Below are positions 18,534 through 26,900 of a stretch of 55,486 nucleotides of DNA, piece after piece. Positions within the stretch are counted from its first letter, which is position 1. Each line of letters begins with the position of its first letter. The stretch comes from an uncultured Oscillospiraceae bacterium. GTDB lineage: Bacteria > Bacillota > Clostridia > Oscillospirales > Oscillospiraceae. The notes below the pieces were generated by a model that saw nothing but the letters and a program-made list of their open reading frames with translations, was not told where the DNA came from and ran no database searches. Where the stretch lies: positions 1 to 55,486 of the forward strand of contig CAZVMK010000001.1 of assembly GCA_964628315.1 (NCBI GenBank), written 5' to 3'. A program made the position numbers and the translations under genes.

Positions 18534-20147
18534 ATGGATCCCATTTATGTGACCGGACATCGAAACCCCGATACCGACTCCATTGTGGCCGCCATGGCCT
18601 ATGCCGCACTGCGCAATGCGCTGGGTGACCGTGAATATGAGGCCGCCTGCCTTGGGCACGTTTCCGATGAAACCCAAATCGTTTTAAACCGATTTGGATT
18701 TCAGCCCCCGAAACAGATACACAATATGTACACCCAAATTCGGGATCTGGACTTTGATACCCCTCCGGTGCTGGATGCAGCCGTCACCGTGGGACGGGCC
18801 TGGAAAGAACTGCAGGAGCAGAAAAACATTACAGCTCTTCCCGTAGCCAACGAGGACGGGACACTGTTCGGAATGCTGTCCAGAGAAAATGTTGCAAGCT
18901 ACAACATGGACCTGGTCTCCTCAGGCTATCTGGAGGAAGTTCCTCTTTTCAACGTGCTTTCCGTTCTGGAAGGCGAAGTGCTCAACGCCGCCGGAGAATG
19001 TACCGATTCCATTTCCGGTGAGATCACCATCGCCCTGCCCACCGATCGGGAAAATCTGCTGTTTGACCGTGAAGACAGCATCGTTCTGTGCGGCCACCAG
19101 CCGGAGATGATCCGCCGTGCCCTGGAAATGAACGTTCGATGCCTGATTTTGTGTCAGGCGGAGCTTTCCGACGAGTTGCGCAATCTGCCCACCCAAACCT
19201 GCATCATCTTCACCCCGTTCGATGCCTATCGGGCTGCCAGATTGATTTTCCAGTCCACCCCCATCGGCCGTATTTGCCGCACCACCGATCTGGAATGTTT
19301 CCATCTGGACGACCGTGTGGACGAAGTCAAAGAGCAGGTGCTGAAGCACCGTGACCCCTGCTATCCCATTTTGGACGAAAACGACAGGGTTGCCGGCGTG
19401 CTGACCCGATATCACCTGTTGCGCCCCCGTCGCAAACGGGTTGTCCTGGTGGATCATAACGAAGCATCCCAGTCCGTGCCAGGTCTGGAAGAAGCGGAAA
19501 TTCTTGCCATCATCGACCATCACCGGCTGGCTGACGTCCAGACTAATCACCCCGTCTACTTCCGCAACGAGCCTGTCGGTTCCACCAACACCATCATCGC
19601 CTCCATGTTCCAGGAGCGAGGTCTTCTGCCCAGTGCCAAAATGGCCGGCATGATGGCGGCGGCCATTCTGTCCGACACCGTTATGTTCAAATCTCCCACC
19701 TGTACCGAACGGGATATCTGGACGGCTGAGCGGATGGCACGGCTGGCAAAAGTATCTCTGGAAGAGCTGGGCAAGGAAATTTTCTCAGCTTCTACCGACA
19801 ATAAAACCATCGAAGAAATGCTCTTCGGCGACTATAAAGAGTTCCACATCGCAGGCCATTCTCTGGCCGTCTCCCAGATCACCTGCGTAGACAGCAGCCA
19901 TCTGCTGGAGCGGAAAGCGGAATTTTTGGAAGTCATGAAAAAGGCGGCCGTCAAGCAGGGCTTTGATCTGATGATCCTGATGCTGACGGACGTGCTGATG
20001 GAAGGCACCCAGATCATTTATCTGGGCGAGGACGACACCATCCAGCAGGCATTCCATGTCACCCCCAGGGAAAATACCGTTTTCTTGTCCAAGGTGATGA
20101 GCCGCAAAAAGCAGGTCATCCCCATGCTGTCGGCATTGTGGGGATAA
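18534..20147 (+). CDS. ppaC: Family II Mn-dependent inorganic pyrophosphatase with CBS/DRTGG insert
   Basis: GHRNPDTDS, LVDHNE, IIDHHR, SDTVMFKSPT, SRKKQVIP; ~230-aa CBS-type insert. Confidence 0.9.
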   Translation: MDPIYVTGHRNPDTDSIVAAMAYAALRNALGDREYEAACLGHVSDETQIVLNRFGFQPPKQIHNMYTQIRDLDFDTPPVLDAAVTVGRAWKELQEQKNITALPVANEDGTLFGMLSRENVASYNMDLVSSGYLEEVPLFNVLSVLEGEVLNAAGECTDSISGEITIALPTDRENLLFDREDSIVLCGHQPEMIRRALEMNVRCLILCQAELSDELRNLPTQTCIIFTPFDAYRAARLIFQSTPIGRICRTTDLECFHLDDRVDEVKEQVLKHRDPCYPILDENDRVAGVLTRYHLLRPRRKRVVLVDHNEASQSVPGLEEAEILAIIDHHRLADVQTNHPVYFRNEPVGSTNTIIASMFQERGLLPSAKMAGMMAAAILSDTVMFKSPTCTERDIWTAERMARLAKVSLEELGKEIFSASTDNKTIEEMLFGDYKEFHIAGHSLAVSQITCVDSSHLLERKAEFLEVMKKAAVKQGFDLMILMLTDVLMEGTQIIYLGEDDTIQQAFHVTPRENTVFLSKVMSRKKQVIPMLSALWG

Positions 20148-20183
20148 TGATCCACATTTTTTCATAACCATCGGGAGGTTTCT

Positions 20184-21131
20184 ATGCCTTTTTCTTCCCT
20201 GCTGGGCAACCGGCGCATCAAAGACAATTTAACAGCCGCCCTGCGGCAGGGGAAACTGGCTCATTTTTATCTGATCTGCGGCCCAGAGGGTTCCGGCAAA
20301 AAAACACTGGCAAAACTGCTGTCCGCCGCCGCCATGTGTCGGGGGGATGACCGTCCCTGCGGCCACTGCGAACCATGCCGAAAAGTGATGCACGGCGTTC
20401 ATCCCGATGTGATCACCGTGGAAGATGCCGAGCATAAGACCGTCCCCGTGCGCATCATCCGCCAAATGCGTGACGATGTGTTCATCAAGCCCAACGAGGG
20501 CGAAAGAAAAATCTATATTTTCCCCCAGGAAATGGGGTTAGAGGGGCAAAATGCCCTGCTTAAAATTCTGGAAGAACCGCCAAAATACGGCTTTTTTCTG
20601 TTGCTGGCGGAAAATCCCGAAAAAATACTGCCAACCGTTCGTTCCCGTTGTGTGGAACTGAAAATGCAGCCTTTGGAAGACGAGTTGCTCCGCCGAACAC
20701 TTCAGGAAGAATTTCCGTCCCTTCCGGCGGAAACCGTAGAAGCCGCCATGGCCTACAGCGGCGGTTTCCTCGGGCAGGCCCGTGCCCTTTTGTCCCAGGG
20801 GCCGGCCCAAAGCCCGCAAACCGAAGATTTCGTGCAGGCTCTTTGCACCAAGGATGCCCTGCTGTTGACCCGAACCCTTGTGCCTATGGAAAAATGGAAA
20901 CGGGATCAACTGATTTCCACTTTACAGCAATGGACGGAAATTTTGGAGGGCGCATTGGTGGTTCGTTTCGGCGGAAAAAGCCTGTCCCCTTTGTCCAACA
21001 AGCTGTCCGCCTGCCGAAATCCGGCTGATTTGAACGATGCAATCGCTCTGCTGCAAAAATGCAGTACCTATGCCCAGGGAAACGTTTCCCCTGCCGCCAT
21101 CTGCGGCTATCTGAGCTGGGCGTTACGATGA
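20184..21131 (+). CDS. holB: DNA polymerase III delta-prime subunit
   Basis: GPEGSGKKT, C...PCGHCEPC zinc cluster, HPDV, QNALLKILEEPP, LPTVRSRC. Confidence 0.9.
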   Translation: MPFSSLLGNRRIKDNLTAALRQGKLAHFYLICGPEGSGKKTLAKLLSAAAMCRGDDRPCGHCEPCRKVMHGVHPDVITVEDAEHKTVPVRIIRQMRDDVFIKPNEGERKIYIFPQEMGLEGQNALLKILEEPPKYGFFLLLAENPEKILPTVRSRCVELKMQPLEDELLRRTLQEEFPSLPAETVEAAMAYSGGFLGQARALLSQGPAQSPQTEDFVQALCTKDALLLTRTLVPMEKWKRDQLISTLQQWTEILEGALVVRFGGKSLSPLSNKLSACRNPADLNDAIALLQKCSTYAQGNVSPAAICGYLSWALR

Positions 21132-21163
21132 ATATTTCGGGAATTTACAACAAGGAGAACCAA

Positions 21164-22456
21164 ATGGAAGAAATTATCAACGAAAACCCTCTGCCCGAGA
21201 ACGTGGAAGTGGTGGATATCCAGTTCCGTTCCGGCCAGAAAATATATTACTTCTCCCCTGCCGGCAAGCAGTACCAGGCAGGCGACCACGTGATCATCGA
21301 CACCGCACGGGGCGCCGAATACGGCACCTGCACCGGCGGCAATCACATCATCGCCGGCAAGGACGTGGTAGCCCCTCTGCGTGCGGTCCTGCGCCGTGCC
21401 ACCGCCCAGGACGAGAAAATCATGGAGGAAAATCGTCTCAAAGAGAAAAAAGCCCATGAAGTTTGCCTGCAAAAAATCGCCGAGCACGGTTTGGATATGC
21501 AGCTGGTATCTGCCGAGTGTGCCTTTGACGGTAGCAAGATTCTGTTTTTCTTCACCGCCGATGAGCGGGTGGATTTCCGTGAACTGGTAAAAAATCTGGC
21601 TTCCGTTTTTCACACCCGTATTGAGCTGCGGCAAATCGGTGTCCGTGACAAAGCCAAGATGGTGGGCGGTCTGGGCATCTGTGGCAGACCTTTCTGCTGT
21701 GCCAGTTTCCTGGACGATTTCCAGCCCGTGTCCATCAAAATGGCAAAGACCCAGTCTTTGAGCCTGAACCCCACCAAAATCTCCGGCACCTGCGGCCGTC
21801 TGATGTGCTGTCTGAAATACGAGCAGGATGCTTATGAAGACCTGCTGCGCCACACCCCCAGAGAGGAGTCCTATGTGGACACCCCCGAGGGTCGGGGCGT
21901 GGTCACGGAAGTCAATCTGTTGCGGCAGAAAGTGAAAGTCCGTCTGGATGAAAATCCCGATACCATCAGCCAATTCGCCGTGGAAGAAATCGCCGTCTGG
22001 CGCAACGGAAAAGCCCGAAAGAGCGACGATATCGCGCCCCCCGATTGGGCCCCCGTCTCCGGCGGCGGCAAGAAGACTCGCCGTTTGGAAAAGTTGGAAG
22101 ACACGGAGAAACTGGAGCCCATCCGTTTCCGCTACCGTCAGGAAAGCATCGTAGAGGAGGCCCCCGTTGCTCCGGCGGAAGAGGAAGAGAAAGCCAGCAA
22201 CCGTCCACGTCGCCACCGCAACAATCGCAAACCGGAGCAGAAAAAGCCGGAAGCGGTCAAGCCGGAAAAGGAGCCGAAACCCGAAACGCCCAACAACTCC
22301 AAGGCAAAAAAGTCCCAGCCTCCGAAAGAAACTTCTCCGAAAGAGGCTCCCTCTCAGGAAAACACAACGGCGGATGCGCCTCAGCGCAAGTCCGGCAACC
22401 GCCGCTATAATCATTACCACAAAAGGAAGCCGAAAGCTCCCAACTCCGGTGAATGA
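21164..22456 (+). CDS. ricT: RicT/YaaT (PSP1-domain) protein with a long charged C-terminal tail
   Basis: RVDFRELVK, RIELRQIGVRD, GICGRPFCC, SGTCGRLMCCLKYE; holB-yaaT synteny. Confidence 0.9.
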   Translation: MEEIINENPLPENVEVVDIQFRSGQKIYYFSPAGKQYQAGDHVIIDTARGAEYGTCTGGNHIIAGKDVVAPLRAVLRRATAQDEKIMEENRLKEKKAHEVCLQKIAEHGLDMQLVSAECAFDGSKILFFFTADERVDFRELVKNLASVFHTRIELRQIGVRDKAKMVGGLGICGRPFCCASFLDDFQPVSIKMAKTQSLSLNPTKISGTCGRLMCCLKYEQDAYEDLLRHTPREESYVDTPEGRGVVTEVNLLRQKVKVRLDENPDTISQFAVEEIAVWRNGKARKSDDIAPPDWAPVSGGGKKTRRLEKLEDTEKLEPIRFRYRQESIVEEAPVAPAEEEEKASNRPRRHRNNRKPEQKKPEAVKPEKEPKPETPNNSKAKKSQPPKETSPKEAPSQENTTADAPQRKSGNRRYNHYHKRKPKAPNSGE

Positions 22457-22463
22457 CCCTCCA

Positions 22464-22499
22464 TTTCCCTCTCCGCCGCGGAGAGGGGAATTTCATTTT
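22464..22499 (+). terminator. Intrinsic terminator
   Basis: TTCCCTCTCCG-ccg-CGGAGAGGGGAA followed by T-rich run. Confidence 0.7.
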
Positions 22500-22533
22500 C
22501 CCCCTCTTAAATCTTAAGTTTCCTTAAAATTTA

Positions 22534-22562
22534 TCGACAATCCAATTTTTTCCTGCTATAAT
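22534..22562 (+). promoter_or_regulatory. Sigma-A promoter
   Basis: TCGACA-17 bp-TATAAT with TGn. Confidence 0.7.
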
Positions 22563-22585
22563 TCCAGGAGAAACGAGGTGCTTTC

Positions 22586-23413
22586 ATGGAGTTTTTCCAA
22601 CCGATTTTAGAATTTATGAACACCAAAATGGAACGCCCGACCCCCTATGGCTGGTATCACCTGCTCTGCCTGCTGATCACCGGATCTTTGGTCATTCTGG
22701 CAGTCATTTACGGGCGAACCGCCAAGGAAAAAACCGTTCGGCGCATTATCTTCATCACCGCCGCGGTAGTGGCCGTTCTGGAAGTCTATAAGCAGATCAA
22801 CTATACATTTGGCAGTGGTGGCGGAGATTTTTCCTACCAGTGGTACGCTTTTCCTTTCCAATTCTGCTCCACACCCATGTATATCGGCCTGTTGGCCGGT
22901 CTGACAAAAGGAAAACTGCACGATCGTCTTTGCGCCTATCTGGCCACTTATGCACTGTTTGCAGGTACCTGTGTCATGTTCTATCCAGGTGACGTTTTCA
23001 TTCGCACCGTGGGCATCAACATCCAAACCATGGTCTGCCACGGCTCCATGCCGGTGATCGCCGCACTGCTGTATTCCAGCGGCCACGTCAAAGCAGAGCT
23101 GAAAACCGTTTGGAAAGCCCTGCCGGTATTTCTGTGCTGTGTGGGCATCGCCATGATTTTGAACGAAGCCGCCTATTTGTCTGGGCTTCTGGAAAATCAC
23201 AATTTCAATATGTTTTTCATCAGCCCCCACTGCGAGCCTTCCCTGCCGGTATACAGCACTGTGCAACGGCTGCTGCCTTATCCCCTGTGCCTGATCGTCT
23301 ATGTTCTGGGTTTTACCGCCGCGGCAACTGCAATGCTGTTGATTGCCATGGCCATCCATCATTGGGCGGAAAAGCGGCATTATCTCCCTCCGAAAGCCCA
23401 CCACGCCATATAA
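22586..23413 (+). CDS. YwaF-like integral membrane protein
   Basis: GWYHL, FPFQFCS, NFNMFFI motifs; multi-TM. Confidence 0.7.
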   Translation: MEFFQPILEFMNTKMERPTPYGWYHLLCLLITGSLVILAVIYGRTAKEKTVRRIIFITAAVVAVLEVYKQINYTFGSGGGDFSYQWYAFPFQFCSTPMYIGLLAGLTKGKLHDRLCAYLATYALFAGTCVMFYPGDVFIRTVGINIQTMVCHGSMPVIAALLYSSGHVKAELKTVWKALPVFLCCVGIAMILNEAAYLSGLLENHNFNMFFISPHCEPSLPVYSTVQRLLPYPLCLIVYVLGFTAAATAMLLIAMAIHHWAEKRHYLPPKAHHAI

Positions 23414-23419
23414 AGTACC

Positions 23420-23447
23420 ATTGCCGAGCCATAAGGCTCGGCAATTT
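23420..23447 (+). terminator. Terminator-like hairpin
   Basis: ATTGCCGAGCC-ataa-GGCTCGGCAAT. Confidence 0.65.
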
Positions 23448-23529
23448 ATCATTCCCGTCAGATATTTTTGAATTGCCACCGCCTTTTCTGCATAGGATGT
23501 TCCATACAACTGAAGTTGAGGTGGTACTG

Positions 23530-24141
23530 ATGGAATATTCCGAAAATAACGTCCATATCCGTGGGGAGCTGGTGTCCATACCCTATTTTTCCCACGAAAA
23601 CCATTATAAGCGGTTCTTCCGCTTCGAACTGGCCGTGGCACGGCTCTCCGGTGCCGTGGATATCCTGCCTGTAGTGGCCGAGGAACAGCTGTTGGAGGGG
23701 TTGAATATGGATCTGGGAGAATGTCTGGAAATTCAGGGACAGATCCGTTCTCACAATCTGCGTGAAAACGGCACACGGCGGTTGCTGATTTTTGTCTTTG
23801 CCGCCACCGTTTTTCCCTCAGAGGGAGACCCGTTGAACGAAGTGACCCTGACAGGCCCCCTTTGCCGCACCCCCAATCTGCGCCGCACACCTCTGGGACG
23901 GGAGATCTGTGATGCCATGCTGGCTGTTCCCAGGGCCTTTCGCCGTGCAGACTATTTGCCCTGCATCCTCTGGGGCTGCACTGCCCAGCAGATCGCCCTG
24001 TGCCATACCGGCGAATTTATCCGCATTCAGGGCAGACTTCAAAGCCGCATTTACACCAAGCAGACCGATGACGGTATCCAGAAACGCACCGCCTATGAAA
24101 TTTCCGCACTAACCGCAGAAATAATGACCGACCCAATTTAA
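23530..24141 (+). CDS. Clostridial tandem-OB single-stranded DNA-binding-like protein
   Basis: Two SSB-like halves (NNVHIRG...RLSGAVD; NEVTLTG...RRTPLGREICD...DYLPCILWG...GRLQSRIY...YEIS); GAGG RBS before ATG 23530. Confidence 0.85.
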   Translation: MEYSENNVHIRGELVSIPYFSHENHYKRFFRFELAVARLSGAVDILPVVAEEQLLEGLNMDLGECLEIQGQIRSHNLRENGTRRLLIFVFAATVFPSEGDPLNEVTLTGPLCRTPNLRRTPLGREICDAMLAVPRAFRRADYLPCILWGCTAQQIALCHTGEFIRIQGRLQSRIYTKQTDDGIQKRTAYEISALTAEIMTDPI

Positions 24142-25836
24142 CAGCATACACGCCCCAAATCCCACAGCGGTTGGCAGTAAAAATGCCAACCCTGTTTTTT
24201 TCACGCTTTTCGTCTCCCGATAAACGGTGATCAACGTCGTAGAACAGGGCCAATGAAATACAGTCAGCACCATGGCACACATGGCGGTCAGCCAGGTCAT
24301 TTCCACACTTCCGCCGCAAATCAGGCTCAGTAGCGGAAGCAGCAGTTCATTGGCCGGAAAAGACAAAATAAACGCCAGCACGATTGCGCCGTTCAACCCC
24401 AGCAATAGCCCCAGAGGCTGCAACCATTGCGCCAGGGTGTCCAGTGCGCCTACTTGCTCCAGCAGCCAAATCAGCGCCCCAGCCGGTGCCGCCACCAGCA
24501 AGGCTCTTGCCGCCACTTTTAGTGTCCTGTCCAGCAAAGAGCGCACCAGGATCTGCCCCATCCGCGGACAACGCAGAGGCGGCAATTCCAGCAGAAAGAA
24601 GTCCTTTTCCCGTGGGCGTGCTGTTTTGCTCAGGACCCCCGTGGTGGCCATCGCCCCAAGAAATCCCAGCACCACCGCCATTGCCACCGCCAATGCCGAC
24701 CAGCCGTCCCCACAAAACATACCGGCCAGCACGATCAAGGTTGCGAACCGTCCGTTACACGGGACCATGACATTGGTCACCATCGCCGTCAGCCGTTGCC
24801 GCGGAGACTCGATGATGCGGCACCCCATCACCCCCACTGCATTGCATCCAAGCCCCATGCACAGAGTCAACGCCTGTTTCCCGCAACCGCCACAGCGGCT
24901 CATTTTTCCATCCAGCAGGAATGCCATTCTTGGAAGATAGCCCACATCCTCCAGAAGGGTAAACAGCGGAAAGAAAATGGCCATTGGGGGCAGCATGACC
25001 GCCAGTACACGGGCCGCCGTGGCATACATTCCCTCTATCAGGAGTCCTTGTAGCCACCATGGCATGGAAATCATCATCAGCCGATCGTACAGCCCGTCAA
25101 AAAGCAACTGCAAAGCCTGCGACGGATAATTTGCGCCCCAAACGGTCAGCCACAGGATCATAAACAGCAGTCCCAGCATGATCGGCACCCCATAGCGGCG
25201 GCTGACCAGCATTCTGTCCAGCGTGCGGCGCCGGATCTGCCCGTTTTCTTTTTGCCGCACACAGCAGGCGGCGATTTTCTGCGCTTCCATGATGGGATCA
25301 TCCCATTGAGAGTGCCGCTGAGGCTCTCCGTCCATGCACAGACGGATGGCCTGCACCAGATCTTCCATTCCCCGATGCCGAACGGCCGATGTCAGCACCA
25401 CCGGTACCCCCAGTCGGACAGAAAGCGCCGCTCCATCCACCTCCAGCCCCTGTTTTTCGGCTTCGTCCACCAAATTGATGCAGACCACAGCCCGTTCTGC
25501 CCGTTGCATGATCTGCAGGGTCAAAATCAGATTTCGCTCCAATGCCGCCCCATCGCAAACCACAACGATGCAATCCGCCTGGCCGGCGGCAATGTACTGC
25601 GCCGCAAGGCGTTCTTCTTCCGACCGACCGGCCAGAGAATACGTGCCTGGCAGATCCACCAATTCTACGGTCCCACGGCTTCCTTTCAAAAAACCGGTCG
25701 TGATATCCACAGTCTTGCCACTCCAATTCCCCGTGTGATGGCGCAGTCCCGTCAGCGCATTGAACACGCTGCTTTTTCCCACATTGGGGTTGCCGGCCAG
25801 GGCGACCCTGCGCTTTGGTGCAGTGTTCCTCTCCAT
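24109..25836 (-). CDS. feoB: Ferrous iron transport protein B (short form)
   Basis: GNPNVGKS, GNWSGKTV, DLPGTYSL, LLEDVGYLPR, GLGCNA, PCNGR, ELPP. Confidence 0.9.
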   Translation of the reverse strand: MERNTAPKRRVALAGNPNVGKSSVFNALTGLRHHTGNWSGKTVDITTGFLKGSRGTVELVDLPGTYSLAGRSEEERLAAQYIAAGQADCIVVVCDGAALERNLILTLQIMQRAERAVVCINLVDEAEKQGLEVDGAALSVRLGVPVVLTSAVRHRGMEDLVQAIRLCMDGEPQRHSQWDDPIMEAQKIAACCVRQKENGQIRRRTLDRMLVSRRYGVPIMLGLLFMILWLTVWGANYPSQALQLLFDGLYDRLMMISMPWWLQGLLIEGMYATAARVLAVMLPPMAIFFPLFTLLEDVGYLPRMAFLLDGKMSRCGGCGKQALTLCMGLGCNAVGVMGCRIIESPRQRLTAMVTNVMVPCNGRFATLIVLAGMFCGDGWSALAVAMAVVLGFLGAMATTGVLSKTARPREKDFFLLELPPLRCPRMGQILVRSLLDRTLKVAARALLVAAPAGALIWLLEQVGALDTLAQWLQPLGLLLGLNGAIVLAFILSFPANELLLPLLSLICGGSVEMTWLTAMCAMVLTVFHWPCSTTLITVYRETKSVKKTGLAFLLPTAVGFGACMLLNWVGHYFCG

Positions 25837-26067
25837 TTATATCCGATGGCCGACGATCTGTGCCAGGTCCGTCCGTCGAAGAGCCAGTGTCGTCCCCCTC
25901 AGTCCCAGGGCGAATACATCCGTTCTGGGGCTTCGATAACGGCAGATGACGTGTGTCCCCTCCACCAGCCCAAAATCCGCCAGACGGCATCGCAGTGCCT
26001 CAGAGCAGAAAAATTCTGTTACCACTGCTTCCGCATCGGGTGTCAAGCTGTCCAGTCTGATTTCCAT
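25837..26067 (-). CDS. feoA: Ferrous iron transport protein A
   Basis: RLADFGLVEGT...LRGTTLALR; abuts feoB; GGAGG RBS favours ATG 26067. Confidence 0.88.
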   Translation of the reverse strand: MEIRLDSLTPDAEAVVTEFFCSEALRCRLADFGLVEGTHVICRYRSPRTDVFALGLRGTTLALRRTDLAQIVGHRI

Positions 26068-26173
26068 GTCCATCCCTCCCTGCTGTCATCTTATCCCAGT
26101 GGGCGGTTTTTTGTGCAAAAAACTTGTCAAATTTCCGTGACTGTGTTAAAATGGAGAAAAAGGAGAGAGCACC

Positions 26174-26803
26174 ATGGAGAAAGTAGCCGATATCATTTCC
26201 ATTCTAAACCACAAATATCCTCACGCCCCCTGTGCCCTGCACTACGAAAAGGATTACGAGCTGATGATTGCCGTGCGCCTGTCCGCTCAGTGTACCGATG
26301 CACGGGTCAATCTGGTCACACCGGCCCTTTTCGCCGCCTACCCCACACTGGAGGCCATGGCCGGTGCCGACATCAGTCACGTGGAACAGCTTGTCCACTC
26401 CTGTGGATTTTACAAACACAAAGCAAGGGACATTGTCCTTGCCTGCCAAATGCTGCTCACCACCTACGGCGGTAAAGTTCCTGCCACCATGGAAGAGCTT
26501 CTGCGCCTGCCTGGTGTAGGCCGAAAAACCGCAAATCTGCTGCTGGGCGATTTGTACGGCGTGGCCGGTAGCGTGGTATGCGATACCCATTGCATCCGCA
26601 TTTGTGCCCGACTGGGCCTGACCGACGGCACCAAGGATCCCGAAAAATGCGAACAGCAGCTGCGAAAGATCTTGCCGCCGGAAGAAAGCAGTGCTTTTTG
26701 CCATAGGATCGTCCTGTTCGGCCGCGAAATCTGTACCGCACGAGCCCCTCAGTGTGACAATTGCCCCCTCGCCCCCCTGTGTAAGCACTATAATGGCATA
26801 TAA
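26174..26803 (+). CDS. nth: Endonuclease III
   Basis: LSAQCTDARVN, HhH LPGVGRKTAN, C-x6-C-x2-C-x5-C 4Fe-4S motif; promoter TTGTCA-17-TAAAAT at 26124-26152. Confidence 0.95.
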   Translation: MEKVADIISILNHKYPHAPCALHYEKDYELMIAVRLSAQCTDARVNLVTPALFAAYPTLEAMAGADISHVEQLVHSCGFYKHKARDIVLACQMLLTTYGGKVPATMEELLRLPGVGRKTANLLLGDLYGVAGSVVCDTHCIRICARLGLTDGTKDPEKCEQQLRKILPPEESSAFCHRIVLFGREICTARAPQCDNCPLAPLCKHYNGI

Positions 26804-26805
26804 AA

Positions 26806-26866
26806 AATCCCCTTAGAGCCGCCTCGAAAAACTTTTAGCTTTTCAAGTGTCTACTCTAAGGGGATT
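26806..26866. repeat. 13-bp perfect inverted repeat with 35-nt spacer (probable bidirectional terminator)
   Basis: AATCCCCTTAGAG ... CTCTAAGGGGATT between convergent nth and the Mur-fusion gene. Confidence 0.7.
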
Positions 26867-26900
26867 ATATCAGTTTCTTTGCAATTTATGCTGGCTTTTG

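Noticed and set aside
23110-23529. N-terminal extension of the SSB-like ORF in the track (and similar extensions at 18411, 21059, 48801, 50871)
   Set aside because: They overlap upstream genes, terminators or promoters; downstream ATGs have clear RBSs.
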